DNA from: a virus
Lineage: Duplodnaviria; Caudoviricetes
Strand: one strand, 5' to 3'
Virus record (IMG/VR): IMGVR_UViG_3300026546_000001
Location: 64,001-128,000 of that record
DNA length: 64,000 nt
Below the pieces are notes generated by a model. The model made no database searches, had not been told where the DNA came from, and saw only the letters and a program-made list of their open reading frames with translations. Positions 1-10,973 of this stretch are shown piece after piece; position 1 is the stretch's first letter, and each line of letters opens with the position of its first letter. Both the position numbers and the translations under genes were made by a program.

Positions 1-447
1 TTCTTGCATTGGTCCTTCTATTGTACCTAAATCAGGTGATTTTGCTAATAATCCAGATTTTTTAATAGATTCACTTTTAATTTCATCATTTATAATTTTA
101 TCAGCTATATTATCAGTAGTACTTGTATTAATATTAAAAAACTTTCTATTTAACAAATTAAAATAAAAACGTTTTGCTTCATATTCTTCTACAGCTAATT
201 TATATTTGCCAAAATTTATAATACCAGGCAATAATTTATTTTTATATAATTTTATTGATAATTTAACTGAACTGATATTATCAATATCATCTATTCTATC
301 TGAATTAGAATAAACATAACACGCAATTTTATTATAATCTTTAGTGGATTTAACTTTAAAATTTTGAATGTCAGCATTTTCATTAATTATAATATTTGAC
401 AAATAATATAACATTTCATTCATTGAATTTTTAATTTTGTTATTCAT
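1..447 (-). CDS. hypothetical protein, 5' part only (runs off the window start)
   Basis: ATG at 447 (MNNKIKNSMNEML...), frame stays open to position 1; upstream AAAC-N17-TATAAA motif. Confidence 0.7.
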   Translation of the reverse strand, partial: MNNKIKNSMNEMLYYLSNIIINENADIQNFKVKSTKDYNKIACYVYSNSDRIDDIDNISSVKLSIKLYKNKLLPGIINFGKYKLAVEEYEAKRFYFNLLNRKFFNINTSTTDNIADKIINDEIKSESIKKSGLLAKSPDLGTIEGPMQE

Positions 448-507
448 AATTATTTTTTTTATTTTTATATTAATAAAACAAAAAATGTTTATAATATTAT
501 AAGTAAT

Positions 508-1971
508 ATGAGAAATTTAAAAAAAATATGTGCTGATTACACTGAAGCTGAAATATATTATCATATCGATTTAGATGGTGTTACTAGTGCAATAATTATA
601 CGTGAAATATTAAAAAGATATAATGTTAAAATAGTAGCAGCGCATTCAATTCAATATGGAGATAGAGAATGGGCTATACCTGAACCTAAAAAAAATAGAT
701 TATTAGTTCTTGTAGATTTTGCGCATGGAAAAAGTATGTTTCATATTCATACAGATCATCATGATAGACAAGTTGGTGTAAATACAAAGTATACATTATT
801 TAAAAAAGCTAGAAGTAATGCTGAATCTTTAGATTTTTTATATAATCAATGTTTTCCATCATTAGATTTAGAAATTATAAATACAGTTGATAGTGCTGAT
901 TTTGTTAAACATAAACTTAAACCAAAACAATTAAGAAATTTTATTATCAAAGATAAATTAACAAATAATTCATATAAAAACAGATGGTTATTAGGATTAG
1001 CATGTAATAAATTATTATTAACATATAAAAATAAACCACATTTTTTAGATTTAATTGTATTACATTCAAATCCAAGTTTATTAAGTATTTATATTCATGC
1101 AAGATTTTTACAAAAACGATTTGGATTTCCATCTTTAGAAGAAACACAATTAAATAGTAATTTGTATAAAAATAGAATGAAAGAATACGAATATTTAGAA
1201 TATAATGCAATTTATAAAATTGTTAGACAATTTGGTGGTGGATTTATGTTTGATTCAGGAAGTTATGATAGATATATTGTATTTGAAAATCATCCAAGAG
1301 CAGATTTTTTAATTATAATTTGGCCAATGGGTTTGTTACAAGTGTCATTTAATCCATTTAAAAAGAAACAACTTGAAAATGTAAATTTAGGTGAAATAAC
1401 AGATTATATACTAGATAAACACAAAAAACAATTACAAAATATATTAATTGATTTATTTAGTATAAAAATGGAAAATGAAAAAAGAATTTTAAAGGAACGT
1501 AGAAAAGCTTTAAAAAATGGATATGTTGATGTAGAAAGGGTTGGATTTAAAACTAATGATTTATTAGTATTATATAAAGATAATATTATTATAAATAAAG
1601 ATAATAAATTAATAAAATTTGATTATAATAAACATTATAAATTTATTGAAAAATTATCTTATATTTTAGATAAAAGAGTATATGAAATAACTAATAATGA
1701 GGCAGATAAATTACGTCATATTTATATATCAGCATATGATTTAATTAAAAATAATTCTGGTGGACATTCAGCTATTACTAATATTTCAGGTTTTAATTAT
1801 ATGGATTGGAATAAAAAAGGAATATATCAAGAATATGGTGTAAATTCATTTGAAGAAGTTATGAAAATAATGTCACAAGATTTCTATGAAATATTAAAAG
1901 ATAAAATAATAAAAAACGCAAAAAAGAAAAAGGCAAAAGTTGATTTAAATTGGTCTTTATATTCAATATAA
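508..1971 (+). CDS. DHH/DHHA1-family phosphoesterase
   Basis: Motifs HIDLDG, VDF, TDHH and C-terminal SGGH. Confidence 0.75.
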   Translation: MRNLKKICADYTEAEIYYHIDLDGVTSAIIIREILKRYNVKIVAAHSIQYGDREWAIPEPKKNRLLVLVDFAHGKSMFHIHTDHHDRQVGVNTKYTLFKKARSNAESLDFLYNQCFPSLDLEIINTVDSADFVKHKLKPKQLRNFIIKDKLTNNSYKNRWLLGLACNKLLLTYKNKPHFLDLIVLHSNPSLLSIYIHARFLQKRFGFPSLEETQLNSNLYKNRMKEYEYLEYNAIYKIVRQFGGGFMFDSGSYDRYIVFENHPRADFLIIIWPMGLLQVSFNPFKKKQLENVNLGEITDYILDKHKKQLQNILIDLFSIKMENEKRILKERRKALKNGYVDVERVGFKTNDLLVLYKDNIIINKDNKLIKFDYNKHYKFIEKLSYILDKRVYEITNNEADKLRHIYISAYDLIKNNSGGHSAITNISGFNYMDWNKKGIYQEYGVNSFEEVMKIMSQDFYEILKDKIIKNAKKKKAKVDLNWSLYSI

Positions 1972-1990
1972 CTCTTATATATAATTTGTT

Positions 1991-2542
1991 ATGGAAAAGA
2001 ATAAATTAGAAATAATATTTGATTACGCTCATCAAAATTATGATGAATTAACGATAACTGTGACTGATCAAGATATAATAAAATATACTATATTTATAAA
2101 TGATTTTAATAATACAAATGAATTATTTAATGAATCAGGTATTCCAATATCTTTATGTTATGATAGAAAATTAGACTTACATTATATTGAATGTTGTTCA
2201 ATTAAAACATATTTACAAAAAGATATATTTTTAACATATAAAAATGTGTTTATGATTAAATATTATACATTATTAAATGAAGAAAAAACTGCAAATATGA
2301 TTCAATTAAATAAATTATATGATAAAATTAAAGAAAAAAATGAAGAAAAAAATAGAAATGCATTATCAGAAATTATTAGAAATCACACATATCAATTTTA
2401 TAATATCGATGCAGAAGCAGAATTAACTAGAATTTTACGTGATGAAATACAACAAAATTTTAGAAATAATATGTTAAATACATATGGATTTAATGAAGAT
2501 GATTTTAATACTGAAATTGATGCAGATGATATTAATTTGTAA
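1991..2542 (+). CDS. hypothetical protein
   Basis: 183-aa ORF directly downstream of the DHH gene. Confidence 0.6.
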   Translation: MEKNKLEIIFDYAHQNYDELTITVTDQDIIKYTIFINDFNNTNELFNESGIPISLCYDRKLDLHYIECCSIKTYLQKDIFLTYKNVFMIKYYTLLNEEKTANMIQLNKLYDKIKEKNEEKNRNALSEIIRNHTYQFYNIDAEAELTRILRDEIQQNFRNNMLNTYGFNEDDFNTEIDADDINL

Positions 2543-3110
2543 CTTTTATTTTTAAATTTTTTACATTATTTAATATTTTTAATAATTCATCTAAATCTAA
2601 TATTTTTTTAAATATATTTGTTTTATCACGAGTGTTTTGAAGTTCCCAATTTTTACCACCATTATATGTTACATAAATATAAGTTTTACCACTATTTTTA
2701 TCAGTAACTTTAATTATTTTATTAGTTAGTTTATTAAAAAATTGTTTTAAATTCTTTGTTACATCAAATAATCTAATTTTATCTGAACTTTCTTCTTGTA
2801 ATAAAATATATTTAGTTTTTTGCATTTTATTTTTTGGATTATCATTTATAACATTTAATAATACATATTTAAAATCTTTATCTGCTAATGTTGCAAAATC
2901 CTTCGTGTCTTTAATATCTGTTGCAACTAAATCATTTTCATTTAATTCTTTTAAAAACTTTGGATTTTCTAATAAATGATCTAAGTCTGTGTCAAATGTA
3001 TTAAACACTGATTCAAAATCTAATTCAATTAATTTTGAATTTTTAATTAATTCATTTAAATCTATATGTAAATCATTATGATATTGTTCAAATGTTTTTA
3101 TTATATTCAT
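2532..3110 (-). CDS. hypothetical protein with capsid-targeting-like N-terminus
   Basis: Likely start MNIIKTFEQY at 3110, just downstream of the palindromic promoter. Confidence 0.65.
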   Translation of the reverse strand: MNIIKTFEQYHNDLHIDLNELIKNSKLIELDFESVFNTFDTDLDHLLENPKFLKELNENDLVATDIKDTKDFATLADKDFKYVLLNVINDNPKNKMQKTKYILLQEESSDKIRLFDVTKNLKQFFNKLTNKIIKVTDKNSGKTYIYVTYNGGKNWELQNTRDKTNIFKKILDLDELLKILNNVKNLKIKVTN

Positions 3111-3123
3111 ATAATATAACAAT

Positions 3124-3145
3124 ACTTTTAATATATATTAAAAGT
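3124..3145. promoter_or_regulatory. perfect 22-bp palindrome carrying back-to-back TAATATATA late-type promoter motifs
   Basis: ACTTTTAATATATATTAAAAGT lies between two divergent ORFs. Confidence 0.6.
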
Positions 3146-3157
3146 GATATATAATTT

Positions 3158-4279
3158 ATGAAAAAACTAACTGATGTAATTTTAGAAAAAAAATATATTG
3201 AAAATACTGATATTATATTAGGTTTAGCATTAGTTAATCCATCATTATTAGATTTTGTAATAGATATAAGAAATAAGTATATTGTAAAATGGAATGTGTT
3301 ACAAAGTATGATGAAATATACTGTTATGAAATATGGTGATAAATTAAAGTGGGAAATACCAAATACAATTAATAATATTGAATTAGATATTGAAAAAAAT
3401 TGGAATATGCTTAAAAAAATTAAACAAAAGGCTGATATATTAAGAAATAAATATGAAGAAATTAAAAATGTTACATTTACAAAAAATGGTTTAATTATAA
3501 ATAATGATGATAAAATATTTTTCAATGATACTAAAAAATATACATCTAAAAAAATATTTGACACATTATTTGGAATAAATGATAGTTTAATATATTCGCA
3601 AGAACAAAAATTAGATACATTAGTTAGATATTGGTTAAAATTAGTGTTTATGCATGCATCTCCTGAAACTAGAAATTATATTGAAAATTTTATATTTGAT
3701 AATGTAATAAATCAAGTTACATTTAAAGAATATTTTAAAATAACTGCAAATGAAGATTATAAATATTTAGGTGTTAGAATTAAAAGTTTAGATAAAAATT
3801 TTAAAAAATTACATCAGTTATTAGCAGTATTATATAAAAATCCAGCATATTGGATAGATTATAAAGGGTTTAGAGAAAAATGGCAATATATTAAAAATAC
3901 AATATTAAATAAACAAATTATATTACCAATTTTAAATGAACAAGTTGATAATAAAAAATTAAAAAATAATGTATTACATTTTTTAGCTGATCACTTTAAT
4001 ATTAAAGATGATTCGTATACTGATATAAATACATTACAACAATTACCAAGCAAAAATCAATTTTTAAATACTAAAGTTAAATTAGTAATATCATATTGGA
4101 ATAATGAACAATTTGATTTTGTTTATATTATTAAATGCTTAACATTAGATGATAAAGAATTAGGATCTATAGAAATAGAAATCGGATGGCCATCTGGCAC
4201 ACCCGAATATCGTTTATCGGCAAAAGCTAAATTACATAAATTAAATGTAAAAAATATTATAGAGAATATATCCACTTAG
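3158..4279 (+). CDS. hypothetical protein
   Basis: 373-aa ORF, N-terminus MKKLTDVILE. Confidence 0.7.
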   Translation: MKKLTDVILEKKYIENTDIILGLALVNPSLLDFVIDIRNKYIVKWNVLQSMMKYTVMKYGDKLKWEIPNTINNIELDIEKNWNMLKKIKQKADILRNKYEEIKNVTFTKNGLIINNDDKIFFNDTKKYTSKKIFDTLFGINDSLIYSQEQKLDTLVRYWLKLVFMHASPETRNYIENFIFDNVINQVTFKEYFKITANEDYKYLGVRIKSLDKNFKKLHQLLAVLYKNPAYWIDYKGFREKWQYIKNTILNKQIILPILNEQVDNKKLKNNVLHFLADHFNIKDDSYTDINTLQQLPSKNQFLNTKVKLVISYWNNEQFDFVYIIKCLTLDDKELGSIEIEIGWPSGTPEYRLSAKAKLHKLNVKNIIENIST

Positions 4280-6104
4280 AATTACCTGCATTATAACATC
4301 TATAATATCCTAATTCTAACATTATATCATGTTCAGATTTGTTTTTATCGTATCCTAATTGTATTAATCTATGTTTTGTCCAATTGTATCTATGTTCACG
4401 AATATTATTTATTACATAATAATAGCCTACTTTAGTATATTTTTCAAATTTCATACCAAGTTTTGAATATACTTCACCATCACCCCATTCTAAATTTGCA
4501 TATGATATAACATATGTTATATCATATAAATTAATTATATGCTTAAATAATTTTGAAATTCCTCCTATAACATTATAATTTATTTTACTACAAAAACGTA
4601 ATAATTCATAATTTTTATTTAATTTATAACCTAATGATTTTCTAGTTTTTCCAATGCCCATAGCTGAAACTAATTCTCCATTATAAAATAATCCATATTT
4701 ATATTGAGATGGTATATATCCTTGTAAATGATTATTTTCTAAAAATATTTTATATTCTTTATTAGTTAATTTTTTTATATTACATTTACGTGCGTATATT
4801 TTATATTCAATTTTATTTAAAATATTTTTTAATCTAGATTTAACTATATCTTGTTTGTTTTTCCAATCATCTTCCCATATTTGAATTAATTTTATTTCTT
4901 TATCTTTACATTTTAAATATTTATTTTTATGATAATTTATATCTCCTTTTTGTAATTCACTATGCCAATATATTCCATTAACTTCAATTGCAATATTATA
5001 ATCAGGTAATACAATATCTAATTCCAATGGATTTATTATATTTCTATCATTTTGTATAATATTAGTTATATTAATAGATTTTAAAAAATTTATTACTTCA
5101 TTTTCAAATGACGACTGAGAATATCTTGGATTGCATATTAAACATGGATCTAAATTACCTAAAGTGTAACGTTGATAATAAAAATAAAATGATAATTCTG
5201 ATATATTATTACATTTATTACATTTGTATATAATTGTTCTATTTGTGAAATTTACATCTATTACATTTTTATTTTCACTTAATATTTTATTTTTATAATT
5301 TGTTTGATTTGTTTGCTTAACTTTTTCATGAAATTCTTTTAATGATGTAACTTCCTCAACACCATAACGATTTAAATTTGTTTGTCGACGTTTTTCATGA
5401 ATTATGTTTGATGATAATGATTCTTCAACACCATATTTTTCTAAATTTGTTTGTTTTCTTTTTTCTCTTATACAATCAGCAGATAGTACTTCTTCAACAC
5501 CATATTTTTTCAAATTTGTTTGTCGACGTTTTTCAATATTTTGATTAATTATTTTTTTAACAGATTTAGATATTTTTTTCTTAATTTCATCATTTTGAGT
5601 TGGAATTTCAACACCATATCGTTCTAAATTAGTTTGTTTTCTTTTTTCTTTAATTTCATTAGAATCCATTGGCGTTTCAACACCATATTTATTTTTTAAT
5701 GTTTGTTTTCTTTTTTCTTTAATATCTGTTCTTTGAAATGTATATTCTACACCATATTTTTTTAAATTGTTTTCTTTTTTAAGATTTTTAATTAATTTAG
5801 AACTATTAGCACATTTTTTACTACAAAATAATTTATATCCTTTTACTTTATTAACAAATTTAACATTGTTATTACAATTTTCATTTTTACATTTAGGTAT
5901 TGAATTAATATCATTTAATGCATGATACATTTTTTGTTTAAATGGTAAATTATTTAAATTGTATTTTTTACAATAATTAATAATATAATTATATTCATCA
6001 ATAAAATGATCTTTAAGATATTTTTCATTTGCATATTTAGCAGCAGATTTACCTTTTACATTTTTCAAAAATAATAAATTATTATTAAATGAATTCAATT
6101 CCAT
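4257..6104 (-). CDS. Hef-like putative homing endonuclease: Zn finger, 6 x 23-aa repeats, Zn ribbon, PD-(D/E)XK-like nuclease, GNAT/Mom-like C-terminus
   Basis: CKNENC..FCSKKC; YGVE repeats; CNKC..CLICNP; ELDI..IAIEVNGIYWHSE..IQIWEDDW; YELLRF..ISYAN. Confidence 0.75.
   Translation of the reverse strand: MELNSFNNNLLFLKNVKGKSAAKYANEKYLKDHFIDEYNYIINYCKKYNLNNLPFKQKMYHALNDINSIPKCKNENCNNNVKFVNKVKGYKLFCSKKCANSSKLIKNLKKENNLKKYGVEYTFQRTDIKEKRKQTLKNKYGVETPMDSNEIKEKRKQTNLERYGVEIPTQNDEIKKKISKSVKKIINQNIEKRRQTNLKKYGVEEVLSADCIREKRKQTNLEKYGVEESLSSNIIHEKRRQTNLNRYGVEEVTSLKEFHEKVKQTNQTNYKNKILSENKNVIDVNFTNRTIIYKCNKCNNISELSFYFYYQRYTLGNLDPCLICNPRYSQSSFENEVINFLKSINITNIIQNDRNIINPLELDIVLPDYNIAIEVNGIYWHSELQKGDINYHKNKYLKCKDKEIKLIQIWEDDWKNKQDIVKSRLKNILNKIEYKIYARKCNIKKLTNKEYKIFLENNHLQGYIPSQYKYGLFYNGELVSAMGIGKTRKSLGYKLNKNYELLRFCSKINYNVIGGISKLFKHIINLYDITYVISYANLEWGDGEVYSKLGMKFEKYTKVGYYYVINNIREHRYNWTKHRLIQLGYDKNKSEHDIMLELGYYRCYNAGNSKWIYSL
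5310..5790 (-). repeat. coding 69-bp (23-aa) repeats, 6 copies with one spacer insertion; boundaries approximate
   Basis: KQTNL(E/K)(R/K)YGVE units. Confidence 0.8.
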
Positions 6105-6750
6105 CTATTTTACTTATATTATATTTTGTAGATAATTCTTTTACTATTTTAGTTCCCCATTTTTGATCAAGTAATTTGAACATGTTAAGTTCATTTTCTG
6201 AAAAATAGTATGAAAGTTCTATGAAAACTTCACTATGTGAATATATTGACATATCTAAATTTTCCATTAATAATTCATAATATAAATTAAAATCATTTCT
6301 TCCAGGTTTGCGTCTATTAGCTTTTAAATTTATATCTGTTTTAGATGTTATTATATTATAAATATCTTGTTTTAGATTTTTTAATCTTACATATTCTTCA
6401 AATTCATATGTAGCATTCCATTCGCTACTACCTCTATCAATTTCAAACCCTTCTGTTCTATGTGAAATAGTATATTCATTTGTATCTTCTTCTTCATCTT
6501 GTTTACCTTTAAATATTGAATCATATTTTAATTTATGTTTACCAGGTATTTTATGTTTATTTTGCCATCTATTCCAACCACGTTTAGGTTTTTCAGCTGG
6601 CTTTTCTTCAACTTGTTCTGACTTTTGTTCTGTTGTAGTATTTTCAGATTCTTTATTTATATTTTCGTTTATAACATTATCAGAATTTGTTGTATCATTT
6701 ACATTTTTTTGTTGTTCATTATTTTCTGTATTAAGTGTTTTTTTGTCCAT
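6085..6750 (-). CDS. hypothetical protein
   Basis: 221-aa ORF between the helicase and the endonuclease gene. Confidence 0.7.
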   Translation of the reverse strand: MDKKTLNTENNEQQKNVNDTTNSDNVINENINKESENTTTEQKSEQVEEKPAEKPKRGWNRWQNKHKIPGKHKLKYDSIFKGKQDEEEDTNEYTISHRTEGFEIDRGSSEWNATYEFEEYVRLKNLKQDIYNIITSKTDINLKANRRKPGRNDFNLYYELLMENLDMSIYSHSEVFIELSYYFSENELNMFKLLDQKWGTKIVKELSTKYNISKIDGIEFI

Positions 6751-6767
6751 GTTTATATTAATATTTT

Positions 6768-8117
6768 TTATTCTTCTATTATATTTTCTTCTTCTAAGAT
6801 TAAGTATTTTTTATTTAATTTAAATCTAGCTTTTATCCATTTAAATTCTCCATCGCGTAATTTAATAGCTTTTATGTGATACACACTTTCTTTTTGCATT
6901 TCTGGTGTTCTAATAATACCAAATAATGTATCAGCAGTTTCTAATATTGCTTTAGATTCACTAATATCTTTAGCTGTTATATCATTTGCATCGAATGCAT
7001 CCTTAGCAACTTGCATTGCAGATATAGTAACTAGATTATATTTTTGAGCAATTGCACGTAAACCTTCTGCTAATACTTTACCATTCATATATAATGAATT
7101 ATTATTTTTTATATTTGAATTCATTATCGTTAAATAGTCAACTATTAATACATCAATATTTATACCAGTTCTTTCTTGATATTTTTTAATATAATCATCT
7201 ATATCATATATAGTTGCTGTACCTGATGGATATTCTTTTATATTTATTTTGCCAATTTTATTTTCAAACATATCAGATCCTTTAGCGAATCCATGTTTTA
7301 ATTCAATTAGCTTTTGTTTTATAAAATTATGATCTTTACTTAATTCATCATATTCATATATTGGTATACGTAATCTAGCAGAACCAATACGTTTCATTAC
7401 TTTCTTTTCACTCATTTCTAATGTTATAATCATTACATTTTTTCCAGCATTTGCTGCATTAACTGCGCAATTACCTAACCATAATGATTTTCCAACATTA
7501 GATGGTGCCATAAATATATTTAATGTTTTTCTATCCCAACCACCATTTAATAAATTATCAAAATTAGTCCATCCACTTGATATTTTATTAGCTATTGTAT
7601 CTTGTTCATGATCTTCTGGTTCATCAAAATCTAAACCTAAATCATCATTGTCATATGTTATTAAACTAGTATCACCAACAATATCTTTAATTTCATGATA
7701 AACTTCAAGTGCTGTATCATAATCAATATTTGTATCATCTAAGTTTCTTAGTTTATCAATAGATTGAATCATTTTATCGCGAATTCCTTTTTCTATAATC
7801 CAACCTTTTATTTTTTGAGTTAACCATAAATCATCAGCACTATCTTGATATTCACCTACATCTGTTTTTAAAATAGTTTTAAGTAATTCATCTGATATTT
7901 TTTCTTTTGTTCTATCTTCTAATCTAACTAATTCAACAATTTTTTTAGGAGATGGAATAATTCTATTTTTTTGTGATAAGTAATGTTTTTTAACAACTGA
8001 ATATACAAATTTAACATATTCATTATCAAAATAATGTTCAGATACTTTTTCAAAAAAACTAGGATTTTCAAGTATGTAAGCAAAAAATACTCGTTCTAAA
8101 TTTGGTGTTACTGGCAT
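6768..8117 (-). CDS. replicative DNA helicase, DnaB/T4 gp41-like
   Basis: Walker A APSNVGKS, TLEMSE, IVDYL, DISES. Confidence 0.9.
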   Translation of the reverse strand: MPVTPNLERVFFAYILENPSFFEKVSEHYFDNEYVKFVYSVVKKHYLSQKNRIIPSPKKIVELVRLEDRTKEKISDELLKTILKTDVGEYQDSADDLWLTQKIKGWIIEKGIRDKMIQSIDKLRNLDDTNIDYDTALEVYHEIKDIVGDTSLITYDNDDLGLDFDEPEDHEQDTIANKISSGWTNFDNLLNGGWDRKTLNIFMAPSNVGKSLWLGNCAVNAANAGKNVMIITLEMSEKKVMKRIGSARLRIPIYEYDELSKDHNFIKQKLIELKHGFAKGSDMFENKIGKINIKEYPSGTATIYDIDDYIKKYQERTGINIDVLIVDYLTIMNSNIKNNNSLYMNGKVLAEGLRAIAQKYNLVTISAMQVAKDAFDANDITAKDISESKAILETADTLFGIIRTPEMQKESVYHIKAIKLRDGEFKWIKARFKLNKKYLILEEENIIEE

Positions 8118-8226
8118 ATATTAACTTTTAAATAATTAATTTAATATTTATAATAAAATACGTATATTTGTTTATACTTTTTAAAATTACTTTTTTATAT
8201 ATAATAAAAAGAATAAAGGTTTAGTT

Positions 8227-8643
8227 GTGATTAAAAACTGGAATGAATATATTAAAATATTAGAAGATACTAATACAGTTCAACCTGATACTTCAGTTGA
8301 ACAAGAATTAACAAATAGAAACACTGATTTAACAGCTGTTAAAAATGATGTAGCAAATATAACTAACATTGCAACTCAATTAAATGGATCTACAAATATT
8401 GAAGAAATAACTAAAAAAGTTGAAGATGCAATTAATTCTTATAATGATCGTAAAGATTCATATATAACATTAGCATTAACATATCTTAAAACTATTGCAG
8501 ATAAACGTGTAATAGAATTAAAATTGGAACAATATAAAACTCAAATACCTGAACTTCAAAATGAATTAAAAACTAAAATTGAAGAATTAAATGCTGAAAT
8601 ACAAAAAGGTCAAGAAGCAAGTTCTTCAGAGATAACAACTTAA
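8227..8643 (+). CDS. coiled-coil hypothetical protein with capsid-targeting-like N-terminus
   Basis: MIKNWNEYIKILE; upstream TTATATATAATAAAAA. Confidence 0.65.
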   Translation: MIKNWNEYIKILEDTNTVQPDTSVEQELTNRNTDLTAVKNDVANITNIATQLNGSTNIEEITKKVEDAINSYNDRKDSYITLALTYLKTIADKRVIELKLEQYKTQIPELQNELKTKIEELNAEIQKGQEASSSEITT

Positions 8644-8718
8644 TAGTTTTTAATAATATTTTTATTATTTTTATTCACTTTTTTTATATAAATGTTTTCA
8701 TATATTAAACTTTTGTAT

Positions 8719-8726
8719 TATATTTG
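8719..8726 (+). promoter_or_regulatory. Bacteroidota primary-sigma -7 element (TAnnTTTG)
   Basis: TATATTTG upstream of clpC; same box at 10962, 18606 and 58098 (+) and at 22471, 42225 and 55923 (-). Confidence 0.65.
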
Positions 8727-8768
8727 CATATAAATCTTAAGTAAAATTTAAAAACAGACTAAATTTTA

Positions 8769-10904
8769 ATGTATATGGAAAACGAAAACAAAAAAAGAAA
8801 TTTATATCGAAATAATCGATATGATATTCAAAACAATTTTGATTCATCAGCGAGTTTTGAAGATGAACCAGCAGATGCTGAAGGTATGAATCCAGTTAGT
8901 AGTAAACCTACTAAAGATAATGCGAGTAAAAGTGACACACCTGCATTAGATAGTTTTGGACGTGATTTAACTAAACTTGCAACTGAAGGTAAAATTGATC
9001 CTATTATAGGTAGAGATCGTGAAATTAGCCGAGTTGCACAAATTCTTGGACGTAGAAAGAAAAACAATGTATTACTTATTGGTGATGCTGGTGTTGGTAA
9101 AACTGCAATTGGTGAAGGTTTAGCACTTAAAATTTCACAGAAAAAAGTTTCACGAACATTATTTGATAAACGTATTGTTTCACTTGATCTTGGATCAATT
9201 GTTGCTGGAACAAAATATCGTGGTCAATTTGAAGAAAGAATGAAAGTTATTATGCAAGAACTTGCAGATAACCCAAATATCATTCTATTTATTGATGAAA
9301 TTCATACAATTGTTGGTGCTGGTGGAAGTAGTGGTTCATTAGATGCTGCTAATATGTTTAAACCTGCACTTGCAAGAGGTGAAATTCAATGTATTGGCGC
9401 CACAACACTTGATGAATATCGTGAAAATATTGAAAAAGATGGTGCACTTGATCGTAGATTTCAACGTGTAATGGTTGATCCAACTACTGTTGAAGAAACT
9501 AAAGAAATACTTGATAATATTAAGGTATTTTACGAAGATTTTCATAGAGTTGAATATACAGATGAAGCAATTGACCAATGCGTTAAATTAGCTGAACGTT
9601 ATATTACTGATAGAGCTTTTCCTGATAAAGCTATTGATATAATGGATGAAGCAGGATCAAGAGTTCACATTGATAATATTCAAGTTCCTAATACAATTGT
9701 TAAATTGGAAGAAGAAATTGAAGAAGTAATTGAAGAAAAAAATGATGTTGTAAAAGCACAACAATATGAAGCAGCTGCTAAACTTCGTGATAAAGAAGTT
9801 GAATTGAAAGAAGAGCTTGAAAAAGCTAAACTTGATTGGGAAGAAGAATTAAAATTGCACCGTGAAACTGTAACTGGCGATAATATCGCAGATGTTGTTT
9901 CAATTATGACTGGTATTCCAGTTAGTAAAGTTGGTGAAGATGAAGCGACAAAAATTCTTAATCTTGAAAAATCACTTAAAAAAGTAGTTGTTGGACAAGA
10001 TAAAGCAATTGAAAAAATTAGTAAAGCAATACGTAGAAGTAGAGTTGGCTTGAAAAGAAAAACTAAACCAATTGGTTCATTTATTTTCTTAGGCCCAACT
10101 GGTGTTGGTAAAACATATCTTGCAAAAATGCTTGCAAAACAATTGTTTGATGATGAAGACAATATTATACGAGTTGATATGTCTGAATACCAAGAAAAAT
10201 TTAGTATCAGTCGTATGGTTGGAGCACCTCCGGGATATGTTGGATATGAAAAAGGTGGTTCTGATTTCTCTGAAAAAGTAAGAAGAAAGCCTTATTCAGT
10301 TGTACTTCTTGATGAAATTGAAAAAGCGCACCCAGATGTATTTAATGTATTACTTCAAGTACTTGACGAAGGACACTTAACTGATTCGCTTGGACGTAAA
10401 GTAAACTTTAAAAACACAGTTCTTATTATGACAAGCAATATTGGAGTAAAAGAACTTGCACAACGTGGTACTTCATTTGGATTTACAGCTGGAAATAAGG
10501 AAGAACAAGAAAATGAAGAACAAAAAGCATTCTTGAAAAAGAAACTTAAAAACCATTTTTCTCCTGAATTTTTAAATCGTGTAGATGATGTAATTTTATT
10601 CAATTCATTACGTAAAAAACAACTTCACGATATCGTTGAACTTAGTATGAAAGATCTTAAAGATCGAGTTAACGAACTTGGATTTTCAGTTGAATTAACT
10701 GAAGACGCTAAAGACTTTATTTTAAATAAAGGATATGATAAAGAATACGGTGCACGTCCTTTGAACAGAGCAATTGAGAAATATATTGAAGATGTTCTTG
10801 CAGAAGAAATGCTCGTTGGTAACATACCTCAAAACTCTAAAGTTGTATTGGATGTATCTAAAGATAAAAAATCTTTGGAAGTATCTGAAGTCAAAAAAGA
10901 GTAG
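8769..10904 (+). CDS. clpC: ATP-dependent Clp protease ATPase subunit (ClpC-like) lacking the N-terminal Clp-repeat domain
   Basis: Two AAA+ modules (GDAGVGKT/IDEIH and GPTGVGKT/LLDEIEK), UVR coil, GARPL, SFGF loop. Confidence 0.9.
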   Translation: MYMENENKKRNLYRNNRYDIQNNFDSSASFEDEPADAEGMNPVSSKPTKDNASKSDTPALDSFGRDLTKLATEGKIDPIIGRDREISRVAQILGRRKKNNVLLIGDAGVGKTAIGEGLALKISQKKVSRTLFDKRIVSLDLGSIVAGTKYRGQFEERMKVIMQELADNPNIILFIDEIHTIVGAGGSSGSLDAANMFKPALARGEIQCIGATTLDEYRENIEKDGALDRRFQRVMVDPTTVEETKEILDNIKVFYEDFHRVEYTDEAIDQCVKLAERYITDRAFPDKAIDIMDEAGSRVHIDNIQVPNTIVKLEEEIEEVIEEKNDVVKAQQYEAAAKLRDKEVELKEELEKAKLDWEEELKLHRETVTGDNIADVVSIMTGIPVSKVGEDEATKILNLEKSLKKVVVGQDKAIEKISKAIRRSRVGLKRKTKPIGSFIFLGPTGVGKTYLAKMLAKQLFDDEDNIIRVDMSEYQEKFSISRMVGAPPGYVGYEKGGSDFSEKVRRKPYSVVLLDEIEKAHPDVFNVLLQVLDEGHLTDSLGRKVNFKNTVLIMTSNIGVKELAQRGTSFGFTAGNKEEQENEEQKAFLKKKLKNHFSPEFLNRVDDVILFNSLRKKQLHDIVELSMKDLKDRVNELGFSVELTEDAKDFILNKGYDKEYGARPLNRAIEKYIEDVLAEEMLVGNIPQNSKVVLDVSKDKKSLEVSEVKKE

Positions 10905-10925
10905 TTCATAGTCTGTTTGTAAATT

Positions 10926-10962
10926 AAATGCTTCATAATTTTTATTATGAAGCATTTTTTTT
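10926..10962 (+). terminator. intrinsic terminator after clpC
   Basis: AAATGCTTCATAAT-tttt-ATTATGAAGCATTT followed by a T run. Confidence 0.75.
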
Positions 10963-10973
10963 ATATTTGTAAT

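Noticed and set aside
8828-10825. Antisense ORFs inside clpC (and similar ones inside tyrS, the fibres, the sheath and others)
   Set aside because: Shadow frames of well-supported genes on the opposite strand
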